Origin: Hormiphora californensis
Taxonomy: Eukaryota > Animalia > Ctenophora
Length of the DNA stretch: 64,000 nt
NCBI GenBank assembly: GCA_020137815.1
Contig: CM035362.1
Span: forward strand, 1,798,001 to 1,862,000
Reading direction: 5' to 3'
A program made the position numbers and the translations under genes. This document shows positions 37,901 to 51,000 of this stretch, one piece after another (positions within the stretch are counted from its first letter, which is position 1; every line of letters starts with the position of its first letter). The notes beneath the pieces were generated by a model. It was given only the letters and a program-made list of their open reading frames with translations, searched no databases and had not been told where the DNA came from.

Positions 37901-39340
37901 TGACTCCACATCCTCCTGAGGCACTTGCACTTCAAGCCATTTACTTCCTGCACTTGGGGTTGCATGTTTGGCGTTTAATAACACCCTTACTGCAGCACCC
38001 GTGCCGGATTCCGACCCCGAGACCTCCCCATTGAGCAGCTCTTTCCTTGATCTGCCTCTCAGAGTTTTTCAGGGTTTTTCTGCATTTGTGTCTGATCCCC
38101 CTTTTATGTCCGACATTCCTTCTGAAGCTTTTCCAAAGGATTTGATAGCTAAAAAATCACTCCTTACTTTTAGCTGGAGTGAATTTTGCTTGGTTACCGC
38201 CTGGTTTCCGTTTCGTTTCGTCCCGCGAACTGCAGGCTTCCTTATCATTGACTTGTTTTGCCCCGTGCGAAGGCGGCTGTTCCGTTCGTCCTCCTTCCTG
38301 GGAAGGTCCCCCGGTTCACCTCTTTCTTCTATCTCTCTTTGCCCCACCTGGTCCCCTTGGCTTTCGCCTGTTTGGTTCTTGGGGTGAACAAGGTAACATT
38401 TCTTTTTCAACACATTCTTGGATTCTATTGCTCCTGGCACAGATAGCCTTGTGTAGTTTCCTACATTCCGTACCCGTGGCACAACCTTTCTCTCCTTTCG
38501 TTCTTCCCCCCCAGGGAACACATAGTTTTCGGATAAAAAAGTCACAACCTATCCTTACGTCAGCAGATTTCTTTCTTCCCCATTATGCCATGAGGACCAC
38601 CTACCCCTCCTTGAGCAACATATCCAGTAGTTTCGCACATCGTTTGGGATTTTTCCGCCTCCTTCTGCTGTTTCGCGAATTGGCCCGTGCTTCCACACAT
38701 CGATCTTCAGCGTTCACCTTCTTCTCGCTTGCCTCATCGTTCATTTTCGTTTTTCCGTTCACCTACCCGGGCTCAACATCGACAGACTGTTATTCCTGAC
38801 CTCCAGCGTATTCAGTCGCGATGAACTTGGTAGTAAGCGGTGTACCCTTTCCTTCCCTCATCTTTGGGACACAGCACGATCACATATCCAAACTTCTCCT
38901 ACCAGCTCGAAGCTTCAATTTCTTGAAGTGATTACACTCACCAAAGGTTCACCGTCATGGGAAGGTTGGTGACAGAGAAAACCCACCTCCGATGAAACGA
39001 GGGCCATTCCTCGTGTGCTGGAGATGTCGTTTACATTCAGCGCATTTGACTGGCACCGGTCGGGCTTTGAGCTCCTGAGCAACGCCTGTAGCAATCCTGG
39101 TCTTTGTTTTCAGCTCTATGTCCTTAACCCCCTTTTCACCAATAGGGGAGGAATACCGAGAACTCCGCGAATTCATCGAGAGGGGTCGGTTTAACCTTTG
39201 AATAAGGACGCCTTATTGGCCCACACAGGTTGTGAATTTATCGAATGTTTCAAGGCGGTTTTAACAGCTTCCGGACCAGTCCGAATCATCTCCCCGAGTA
39301 CTTCCTTGCTGTGCCATGTTTGTCATGATTGGCCATTACT
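35000..39340 (-). mobile_element. Degenerate non-LTR retrotransposon (CR1/L2-like; APE endonuclease plus RT), many stops and frameshifts
   Basis: Minus-strand motifs in the expected order: an ORF1-like Cys region (about 39100), MGDFNVPEI.W (37535), KPKYFYS (36820), a degenerate QHGFR (36265), YLDYAKAFDRV (36140-36170), then degenerate PQGSVLGP (35990) and FADDT (35910). The ends are approximate. Confidence 0.8.
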
Positions 39341-39399
39341 TTTACATAGGCTAGATTCCTCAAAGTAATTGTTTAAAAGTAGTGTTGAAAAAGTTTGAA

Positions 39400-39499
39400 N
39401 NNNNNNNNNNNNNNNNNNNNNNNNNNNNNNNNNNNNNNNNNNNNNNNNNNNNNNNNNNNNNNNNNNNNNNNNNNNNNNNNNNNNNNNNNNNNNNNNNNN
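39400..39499. other. Assembly gap (100 N)
   Basis: Run of n characters. Confidence 0.99.
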
Positions 39500-41465
39500 A
39501 CCCCCCCACAACTCCAATCTCAGCTTCCCAAACCCTTTGCCCCAAATTTTACTCCATCTTCAGAACCCTCCCTCCCATTCCCCCGCCCACCCCCCTTTCC
39601 CCCCCAGCCCCTACCTAACCCCTCCCATTTATCCCTCTATTACCCTCCTCCCTTTTACTCTCCCAGTTCCCTACCCCCCATTTTTTTCCCTCCCCCTTTC
39701 TCCACCCATTTTCCCTACCCCCATTTAGCTCCCTCCCCCCCTTTTACCCCAACTTCAGCCCCCTACCCCCCATTACTCACCCCCATTTCCCTACCCCCAT
39801 TTCCCCATCTCTCCCAACATTCCCCCTCCCCTACACCCCATCTTACTCCCCTACCTCCATTTACTCACTTATTTCCCTCCCTCCATTTTTCCACTCTAGT
39901 TCCCACCCCCCATTTACCCCATCTTAATTTTCCCACCTCCCTTTTACTATCTCTCAGTTCCTACCCCCATTACTCCACTATTTTCCCTATCCCTTTTACT
40001 CCATCCTATTCCCTACCTCCCATTTACTCATCTCTCCTCCCCCCTCCATTTACTCCATCTTCAGCTCCCTATCCAACCCCTCGCCCAAACCCAACCCACC
40101 TTAGCACCACCCCAAACCCCCAAAACCCAAACCCCCCCAAAACCCCAAAACCCCCCTCCCTTTACCCATCTCTACTTCCCTACCCCCCTTTACTCCATCG
40201 TTCCCTTCCCTACCCCCCTTTTACTCCACTCTCACTTCTCTCACTTTCATTTATCCTAACTTTCCCTCCCCTGAGAGGGGAAAATGGGGGTGGAAGCTGA
40301 GGATAAAGTAAAGGGGAAAGGGTGGAAAAGCTAAAAGGGAGAAAAGGGGGGTGGGTTGCGGAGAGGGGTAAATGGCGGTGGGGAAGCGGGGAGGAGTTGG
40401 GGGTGGACGGAGATGGGTCAGGGGGGTAGGTACTAAAGGGGAAAAAATGGGGGTAAGGTGTGGGATGGGTAAATGGGGGGGTGGGGAAGTGAGGAGGGAA
40501 TAAATGGGAGGTAGGGAGTGAGGATGGAGTAAATGGGAGGTGGGAAAGCTGAGGAGGGAAAAGAAATGGGAGGTAGGGGGAAGATGGGGGGGTAAAGGGG
40601 AGGTGGGAAGGAGAGAGGAGTAAATGGGGGGTAGGGTGTTGGGGAAGGGAGTGAATGGGGGGTAGGGTGCTGAAAATGGGTAAAGGGAGGCAAGGATGGA
40701 GTAAAGGGAGGTAGGGAAGCTGAGGGAGGTAAAGGGGAGGTAGGGTACTGAAGAGGAGACATGAGGGGTGGGTAGCTGAAAGATGGAGTAAGAGGGTAGG
40801 GTAGCTGAGAGATGGACTTGATGGGGGGTAGGGTTTTTAGCGAAAGAGGGTAGTAGGGGTAGGGTAGCTAAAAAGAGGAGTAGATGGGGGGGGGGTGGGG
40901 AGCTGAGGACGGTTTGATGGGGGGTTTAGGATAGTGGAGAGTGGGTAGAAAAAGACAAAAAATATTTGTTGGGCACGACCCTCTTCTACTCTCGTGTTTC
41001 CCGATTTCTGCAGCTCTGGTGGATTTTGAAGCGAAGGCGTAAATAAATAAACCGACATGAACAGACATGCGAGAGGGAAAATTTTCTTTATTTAAAAGTT
41101 TTGTGGGGTGCGATTTTTTGTTTTGGGTGGAGAGTGAAAGGGCCCGGTACAGTGGAAAAATAGTTTAAAAAAACGTACCCCTTTAGACGGATTTTTCCTA
41201 TTTGTCTGTTTGAGATATGGCCCCCAAAAAGTTTGGGGCCCCAAAATGCTGACGGGGGCACGCGAGGGAAAAAGGGCATCAGTTTTTCGGTACGCTCCGT
41301 TTTTCAAGGGCTTGAACGAGGGGGCGGGAAGAGTCTACCCATTACATGGTACCTTTAAATTTGGGATTAAAACTAAAAGATGAGCAGCATGTGTTTAAAG
41401 AACCTTGAGTGTTTTCTTGTCTCGCAAGCGCCTCGCGACTGCAAACACACACAGTTCACACCTGG
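39500..41465. mobile_element. Second, error-rich copy of the 8689-12987 foldback element
   Basis: C-rich then G-rich satellite halves meet at the same centre (TTATCCTAAC...CCCTGAGAG, about 40250-40277). The same unique arm follows, ending CAGTTCACACCTGG near 41465. The left end is lost in the gap. Confidence 0.8.
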
Positions 41466-43759
41466 TATAGCGTTTTGTATATCAATCAGGGGTGTTCAAG
41501 AATACTGTAGAGCTTTTTAACATTTTGAGGGGGGTGTAGAACACAGATCAGTAGTAGGCATACGGCCGTTTTAGTGTTTTTTGTAATTGTTTTTTTAATT
41601 ATTTTAAATTATTTTTAGTGAATTTAAATTAGTATTTTTGTGCCCCGGCCAGTATGATTATTGATTTTAGGCGAACACCGCCCACCCATAATACCCCTGT
41701 AAGTTGGGAGGTTAACGTTAGGGGGACCCAAAGGGGGAAAGGGGGAAAAAGAACCAAAATTTAGTTTTTTTTTGATTATTAACCCAGTTTTATGGCAAAT
41801 TATATAAAGGGTAATAGTAAATCAGGGTTTTTAACCCCCCCTTCCCGTCAGGGCTCAACCTACGGGCGTGGTTTCAACAGTTTAAAGAGGGGGAACCGAC
41901 ACGCAAAAAGTAAATTGGGGAGGGGTATCAGGATGGTATCACCCTCCCCCAAATAATATGGGTAAGAATCATTCGTCCGAATCATAAGTTTAGCTTTGTT
42001 TCCGCGTTGGCGTTTCATTGAGAGGATCCCCTAAATAATGGATTTTCCCGCCGAGATTAAACGATACCACAACTATCATATCCCTAATTTTCCAAATTTC
42101 CAGGCGAGGACCCCGGCCTGAGTGATTTACTCCCAAAACAGTGCCCCCAGGAAAAAACATACGGGTGTGTTTCCCCGATCTCCAACAGGCCCCATTCCCC
42201 CCCGGAAAAGCACTGCCCCCGGGGAGTGGTTTTCTGGGGAGGTACTAGTGGTTGGGGGAAAACGGCTAGTCTGAATTTTTGTGTAAGAAATCGTTTTGGG
42301 GAGAGCTGGAGAGATTTAGGGAGAGAGGGAAAGGGATTAGGAAAAGGGGAAGAGGAGGGGGGGGTCACCCAACAATAGAGGGGGGCAATTGGGTTTTAAA
42401 CCGAACAGCGGGAAAAAAGGGTTTGGGGGAAAAAATTTTAAAATTTTTTTAAAGAAGCAAAAAAAAATTTTTTAAAAAGGGGGGGGGGGAAAAAAAAAAA
42501 CCCCCCAATTCATTTTGGTGTAATGTTCAAACCCCGCCAAACGCCCCCAAAAAAAAAGGAAAAAAATTTTTTTTTCTTTTTTTTTGGGGGAATGGGCAAA
42601 AAAAAAAGGGGGGGGGGGCCCGGGGCCCCCCCCCCCAAAAAACCCCCCCCCCCAAAACCCCACGTTTCTCTCCTCTCTCTCTTCTCCTCTCTTCTTCTCT
42701 CTCCTCCCCTTTTTTCCCTCCTGTAGACGCCTATTTATGATAATCCCATCTTTGTATTTCCTAACCCCCTTTTTTTTTCCAAGAAAAAGGAAGTTTCGCC
42801 AGTTTTTGGAGAAACCTTTTTTCAAAAATTTCCCTTTGTTTCAAATACGTTCTTTTTTTTTGGCTGGGGGAAAAATAGCAGGAAGGGCCGGGGGGGACGA
42901 GGACTTGAGTAGAGATAGATGAAAATAATAAAGATGAATTGTGATAGGATCTAACATGTATTCTTTGACGCCTAGGAACTTGTTTTGGTTCTCTCCCATT
43001 TATAACTAACTCTGGTATTTCTTGAAAGAGATCATTATGCTGCTATAACTCATTTACCAGTCATTTTCTATCATTTCCTTCTTCGCTTTTAATAACCTGT
43101 CTCTTCTACAGAATCTCTCTATTTTTACTTCATCTGAGTTTTTACATCTAGCCAAGTCCTTCGTCCCATTAGCATTTCTTCCCATCCTTGAGTGAGTGTG
43201 GAGTCTTTCTACTTTCAGTTTCTCACACTGTAGTTTAGTGTGAGCTGCAGCTGCCAGGAGAGATATACATTGTGAGTCGTGAGAGATGAATTCTGAGACA
43301 ATTGCATCTCACAGTCTGTCTCTGTCTCTGTCTCTGTCTCCAGAAAGAGAGAAAGACATAAACCTAGAGAGGTTACATTAATAAGTTGAGTTTAGCCGAT
43401 TTTCTCTACTCGCCCGATATTGTCTGTAAATGAGTGACGATTATTCCTTTTTATCTCAGTCATTATCTATCTATCTATCTAGGATCTATCTATCTATCTC
43501 GCTCTATCTTTCTCTTTTTCTCTATTTCTCTCTCTTTTTCTCTCTATCTCCCTCGTTGATCTATCTATCTAAATCTCGATCTATCTTTCGATCTATCTCC
43601 ATATCTCTCTACCCTCATGATACTGCGTGTATCTCCTCTCTTGTTACACGGCACTTTGCACAAGCACTCCGAGAGAGATAATTTGCTGCTGCTGGTGCAT
43701 ATTGCATTGTATGCCACCCCTAATCCACGTCAACGTAGTAGTCTCGTTTTATCAGGAGT

Positions 43760-43925
43760 AGGGAGGGAGAGAGAGATAGAGAGAGGGGAAGTGGAGAACG
43801 AGAGAGAGAGAGGGGTGAGAGGGAGAACGAGAGAGATGGGGAGAGAAAGGGGAGGGGAGAGAGAACGAGAGAGAGGGGTGAGAGAGCCGGGGAAGGAAGG
43901 GGAGAGAGAGAGAGGAGAGGCAGAG

Positions 43926-43956
<31 letters not shown>

Positions 43957-44002
43957 CGAGAGGAGAGAGAGAGAGAGAGACGAGAGAGAGGAGGGGAGAG
44001 AT

Positions 44003-44058
<56 letters not shown>

Positions 44059-44060
44059 GG
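43760..44060. repeat. GA-rich microsatellite (similar tracts at 44970-45075, 57876-57930, 61378-61482)
   Basis: Runs of (GA)n/(TC)n. Confidence 0.9.
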
Positions 44061-44475
44061 GTTGAAGGGGGAGAATGAAGATAAAGACAAGCTTTCCAAA
44101 CTGTTACAGCAGTGTCTCCAATGTTGCACCATGCTTTCGTTTATCTCTCGATGTACCACCATCACTGCTCTTGTAGCTAGCACCGCATACCTAGGTAATA
44201 GTTGTTCGTACTTGGGGTAACATGGGGTCTACGTCTGGGCCTGGGGTTGTTAGACATGGCTGTATAATGGTAACAGGGGTTCAATTTTTGTCAGTTTCAA
44301 ATACCACGTCCAGTATTTATTTCGTGCGGGTTGGCTAGAATGAATTGAGGTGCTATATATGGAATTGTTTCCCCTTCCCCTCCAATATTTCCTAACCACC
44401 CTCCCTTCCCTCAAGTATTTCCCAACCACCCTCCCTTCCCTCAAGTATTTCCTAACCACCCTCCCCTTCCCTCAG

Positions 44476-44974
44476 ATGTTTCCAACGGTAATCTCAAGTG
44501 CATTATGAGGTTATTGCTAGCTCTGGCTGCAAACTTCAAGACCTATCGACCTGATTCAAAGTAAGTTGTATCCTCGAATCATATGTCGCATTGCAAATAA
44601 TTGAGAGAGTGAGAAGGAGATTGAGAAAGAGAGTGAGAGAGAGAGAGAGAGTGAGAAAGAGATTGAGAAAGAGAGTGAGAGAGAGAGGGGGAGAGAGAGA
44701 GGGAGAGAAAGAGGGAGAGAGAGTGAGAGAGACAGGGAATAAGCAGAGTGAGAGACCTACAACACGCGATATTCTTCAGCTCTGATTTGGACAAATTGCT
44801 TCTATCTTTTTTATCTCTCTCTTTCTATCTCCCCACCCTCTCTCTCATCCTCCCTCTTGCACCATCTTTATCTCCACTATTTTCAGGTGTTTTTTGTCAA
44901 CAAGTCTCTATCTCTCATTCTGATTTAACTCTTGCTGGTGCCTCTTGAATATTGACTATATGAAACCATCATCT

Positions 44975-45064
<90 letters not shown>

Positions 45065-48000
45065 ACTCTCTCTCTAAAATGCTTAAAGCATAAAATTATG
45101 TTTTAGTTCAGTAGTATTTTACTACCTTATGTTGAACTACTTGTCCCCTGCTTGTCCTGGTCCTTGGTCCATTTCTTGGCCAAACAGTTTCCTGTCAGGC
45201 CAATTCTCTGCCATCTGTGACCCCTAACTAAGGTCTAAATCGCTCTTTAGGCCATTCTTCTGTGGTCCATCTAAAATTGCTCACTTGGTTTACACAATGT
45301 ATGCAAAACTGATCCCTTGTGTGTGCTAAACTTCCTTTGATTGCATTCTATTATTCTAATTATGATATCCCTAAATCGCTTCACTTTAACACGCATTATA
45401 CATTATATATGGGCATCACGATCCACTGATTACTGAATCTCTCTTTCCCTTCACTTTCAGAATCAGCATATAATATAGAGTTTAATTAAATCTTGATAGA
45501 TTACCACTAATTATTCTTTAACTCCAATAGATTACAACTCCTCAGTCACTACACACCATCTCCCTTCTCGTCTGTAACTCTGTGGGTTCTCTTGTATAAA
45601 CCTGTTAAGTCTTCTCAGCCTGTACCAGCTGTCAGGCTATCTGTCAGTTGTTAGACCTTTCCCTGTTTTTCATTTTATACTTGAGAGTTGTCTGCTGCAA
45701 GATGCGGTACTATACTTTATTGTGTATAAATATGCCTTACCCTAGGTTAGGCCACTGGCCCACTGCCCTGTAAATAGGGTCAGGCCAATGCTCTGACAGG
45801 CCTTGCTTGTTATAACAGACCCTGTCCCTAACCTGGAAACTGTCATAGTTCGGGTTTTTACCAACTGGCTTAGTTTTTGCCACGTTTACTTTTAGTACCC
45901 CTGAAGTCCCAACTCTTAATCTCACTCCTAGATCGCCGCGATATTTCCTTCTATTTATGCTGCTCTCTCCTAGTTAAAGTAACAATCTCTCCCCTAGATC
46001 GCCCCTGCTCTCTCTTAGTTAAAGTAACAATCTCTCCCCTAGATCGCCCCTGCTCTCTCCTAGTTAAAGTAACAATCTCTCCCCTAGATCAGTCCTGCTC
46101 TCTCTTAGTTAAAGTAACGATCTATCCCCTGCTCTCTCCTAGTTAAAGTAACAATCTCTCCCCTAGATCGCCGCGGTATGCTCTGCCAGGAAGTGACATG
46201 ATGAATCCTCCGCAACAACACCAAACCACCGTCCCAACTAACCATACTCAGCCTACCCCTAGTGAGTGTATAAACTATAACCGCTCATATTTTGAATCTC
46301 CTAGTTATCTAATCACCTAATTATCACTCTATCTTTGCTTGTAAAGGGATTTCTGGTAAAGCGCTCGACAGAATCAAGATTCTGGAGCTGATTACAAAGT
46401 AATACAAGATTAAATTAAATCTTGATTACTTTGTAATTATCACTCTAGAACTCTTTTAACGAAGTTGTCCATTCCTTGTTAGCGCCCAAAGTTCGTGGAA
46501 GGATTATACATTCTAGAACTATAAAGTTCTCAATTTGTATTTTAACCACCTAATGATCTTCATTCTCCTTCCAGATGCTCCCACCAATGATGACAATGAG
46601 ATGGTGTGGGTGGTAGATGAGGTATCAGAGACCAGGAAACAGCTTGAAAACCTCAAACAACTCCTACTAAAAGATATTACAGATGATGAAAAGGTAAAGT
46701 TACAACTGAGACCTGTCAGGTCAATGCTCTGACAGACTGAGACCCAGATATACCGGGCCTCGATATACCGGTCAAAACCCTTTCCCCCGAGCATCCTGGT
46801 AAATCGGGGTCCTTCTGTACTACTGCAAGTACTGAGACCCAGATCTCCACTATCCAGCTCTTCTCACTGCCACAATTATTGTGATATCTGAGTTATTTCA
46901 CCTCTTCTCTCAACCTCTTATAATTTTTAAATCCTATTACTTTTATTAAATGAAATACGATTGAAACAAAAAAGTGTCTCAAGATTTTATGCCTCCATAA
47001 TTTAAATTATGCTATGTAATGTTTGTAATCTTACCAACTGCATCTAAACCGTAGACCATGACCTCCTTAATAATCATCTTTACTCCATCATCTGTAATTA
47101 TAACATCCCCATCTATAACCTCTGCCACTGTGTCATCATACAACCACAATTTGGTTGCTACAATGTCATCGGGACAGGTAATGGTGTACTCTGGGTAGGT
47201 TTTGTGCTCCTCGACAGTTCCACAAGTGGTCCACTTGTCTTCGTGTTCACTATAGATTCGGACTTGGGTCCCCAGAATACGGTATCCCCAATTCGCATGG
47301 TTTCCTCTAAATATAAATAAAGAGGGATAAATTATGAAAATATATATTTCACCTGGAGTTTTCATATTTCTAGTCACAGGATAAAATACGCTGTGATTAG
47401 TTGCATGAAATTCTAAAAACTTGCTGTGATATCTGGCCCAAATTTCAGGGTTGCAACTAACCTGCCTCTCATCGTGACCCTACTGATTGGAGAAGGGTCC
47501 TGCAAAGCAAATTTAATCCACTCTTTAACCGATGACTCAGACTGAAGTGACACATACTCAGTTGTAAAATTGCCATCAATAGCCCGGGATGCACCACGTT
47601 CATTATCCATACTTCTCTCTCTAGGATTAACCAACACCAATTGTCGGCTTGCTGCATCAGTTGCCATGGCAACAGACAGCATCCAAAGTACGGATAACAT
47701 ATTTTCTTCGACTATTTTGGTTGGGATTTTAGTTTGGGGAAATTAGAAGAAATCAGATGAGTTTATAAAAACTGTCATTTTATATAGACTCGTAAAGAAT
47801 ATGTAAAGTCGAATTTTTTATTTAAGCGACAGGCCGCCGCGCATTCAAAGAAGTCGCGCAGCGTTGTATTTGCGCGTGACAATTCGAGAAACCTTTTCGC
47901 TCATATCTCCAGTTCCTGATAAGATAAAGAATTGATCTTGGTCGCGTTGGAAAGGTCTTGAAATTATCTTTCCAACACTTCCGGGTTCAAGTCTTAAGAT

Positions 48001-51000
48001 TGCCAGGAACTCGATCTCGATTATCACGCGCAAATACAACGCCACGCGACCTCTTTGAATGCGCGGCGGCCTGTCGCTTAAATAAAAAATTCGACTATAG
48101 TATGTATGCTATTCTTTCTTGTTCGAAGCAAGTTCAATATATTACTAAGAGAGAGCCTGGCAACTAAGACTATTATACGAGCAGGGTAGACGTGGGATGC
48201 GAAACCGAAATCGATGATAAATAACCACTAAAAGCGATAATACGAAGACGCATCTATATGTCTCTTTCTCCCTCTTATCCTTCAGACTAGGAGCCGGCGA
48301 TATATATCGATATCGAATGGAATATCGATATTTCGATTCGATAATATCGAATCGATATCGAATCGAGCAATTTTTTTCCCGAAATATCGAATCGATATCG
48401 AATCGAAAATTTTTCGATACCAAAATATCGAATCGATATCGAATCGAAATTTTTCGATATCAAAATATCGAATCGATATCGAATCGATTTTTTTTCGATA
48501 TCAAAATATCGAATCGATATCGAATCGAAAAATTTCGATATTAAAATATCGAATCGATATCGAATCGAAATTTTTTCGATATCAAAATATCGAATCGATA
48601 TCGAATCGATTTTTTTCGATATCAAAATATCGAATCGATATCGAATCGATTTTTTTTCGATATCAAAATATCGAATCGATATCGAATCGATTTTTTTTCG
48701 ATATCAAAATATCGAATCGATATCGAATCGAAAAATTTCGATATTAAAATATCGAATCGATATCGAATCGAAATTTTTTCGATATCAAAATATCGAATCG
48801 ATATCGAATCGAAAAATTTTCGATAACAAAATATCGAATCGATATCGAATCGAAAATTTTCGATTGTCAAAAAAAAATCGATATCGAATCGAAAAAAAAA
48901 ATCGGGATATCGCCGGCTCCTACTTCAGACACGTCACCGTGTACCACATTGAGTTCAACAAACACTAATAATAACCGCATCGGGCATCTTACATCGGGCA
49001 TCTTACACTCTCGCTATCTTTATCTCTTCCTCCCTCTCTTTCTCTCTCTCTGGTCTCTCGAACGTCTCTCGAACGTCTGCCGCAAAATAAGAAGATCATA
49101 CGAACACAGCGATCAAAACAAATCAATGGCTATCCTTGCTCTCTTTTTATCTATCAACAAACATTCGTCCTTCCCCTCACCCTTCCTTTATCAAAAAAAG
49201 GGATATTTATAAAACTGCATTCGTCTTTGTCAGTTAGAAATGAACTGTTATATCATTAGTCCTCTTTGCCAACCCCTCTTGTATTGTTATGTTCTAACCC
49301 TCCCGGGGTGCGGGAAATGGGGTCGAGCAAGGCAAACCCCCTCTTTAACCATCCTATCCACTGCAGGTCCTGTTAGAAGAAGCGGGTGTTGAGATAGCTG
49401 CAGTAACTCCCAGTACTTGTTCTTCCTGTAATGATATGGGCAACAAGATACAATCAATGGAGGATACTATTAGACAACGTGACCAACAGGTAATAATTAC
49501 TGGTTATTAATAAAGCTGGGTAATTACCCAATTAATAATTGGGTAATTAGTAATTACCCAGCTTTATTATACAATCGGACCGTGCCTAAACAATCGGACC
49601 GTGCCTATATTTACACGCCCCCACCCCCTATCATGTACCGATGTACATGGTGTCCCACTGTCTTTGCGTGACCTGTGATTTTGGGTGATGAGTGGGTTCC
49701 ATTCAAATACTCATAACTCATCGAAAAATAGGTCAAAACGGCTCAACCAAAAACAGTGTTGTGGAGAATTGTCAGGCGAACACTAGGGTACAAGATTGAT
49801 GTTCCAAGTCTTACCAACCGTCAGATATATCGTCTTAAAGTCAAAAATACGTGTTCATGAAATCCGACCGGGGTTCACGTTTTGAAAAATTCACAAATGC
49901 AAAGTTGCTCGGATCACATTGCATCCCTCATAAGAGTTGTAGGAAATTGTCTGGCGGTCATTTTGGTACCCGGGTTTTTGTCCTAGCTCAATGTTTAGAG
50001 TGTCCTATGACTGTCAGAACTGGAATTTTCACAAAAGTGGTCTCAGGTATCGCATTACATTTTGCCCTGTTATGAAGCTCATTGCTGCTTGAATAACATC
50101 TTAGTGCATGATAGGGTTGGGATAGACCACTTGCGTATCCTACACATTAACAGGGGCCTTGCCAAATCGTCATAACAACCCTGTCAAGTGTCTAGATGAA
50201 ATTGAGACGATATGTGCTGATTATCATGGGATTACACACGACACCGGGTAGCATACAATAATGCCTACGGTCAATAATGCCTACACCCTAAAACACCTAA
50301 TTAGAGGTGGAGGGTAGGCAAAACTGCTTGTAGGCATTATCGTCAACACCAGGGGGGTAAACCGCAGTTTTGCCTACGGTACATAATGCCTACCATGTAG
50401 GCAAAACTGTGATTTTACCACTGATGTTGACAATAATGCCTACCCTCCACCTGCATTGCAGTTGACAACTCGCTAAGGATATCTCGATTCGGTATATATA
50501 TTTACCGAATCGAGATATTCTTAGCGAGTTGTCAACTGCAATGCAATCTTTCATTCTCTTTTCTATCAATATTTCAATATATAGAATTAAATATAGAATT
50601 AAAACAAGCTAGTTCATTATTATAAAACTGAAATAAAACTGAAATACAACTGAATTTTACACAAGTCTGCTCAAAGATCTGCAGTAAAGGGCAAGTCCGA
50701 CAGTTCCGTAGTTGCTGATGGCTTTCTTGATCCTCTCCTCAAGGTCCCGATACTTCTTCCTCCTCTTAGCGGCAGGAACGTTCCCAGTGAGGCAGTGCTC
50801 GATGTGTAGTTCGGCCTGTTGATTGAACTGGGTCAGGGCGTCCGCCAGGAGTCCACCAGAGGGATTACTGCAACCGATGAAGCGGTTCAAGGCGTTGTTG
50901 TTCCCCTCCGAGTGGTTGTTGGTTCGGGGACCTCCGTCTAGGACTGTCTGGAACATGTTCCACATCCGAATAGGGTAGATGGGTGAAAGGATCCAGGTGG

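Noticed and set aside
39395-42900. 301-aa Pro-rich ORF and neighbouring ORFs
   Set aside because: Error-rich copy of the satellite foldback element and low-quality sequence next to the gap.
42960-43270. Possible minus-strand coding fragment
   Set aside because: Stops in every frame examined and no recognisable domain; insufficient support.
44090-44194. Possible upstream CH-domain exon of DIXDC1
   Set aside because: The phase-1 donor is compatible, but similarity is weak and the acceptor is poor; left out of the model.
48145-48870. [13 protein letters not shown]-type repeat ORFs
   Set aside because: Translations of the palindromic repeats inside the hAT MITE.
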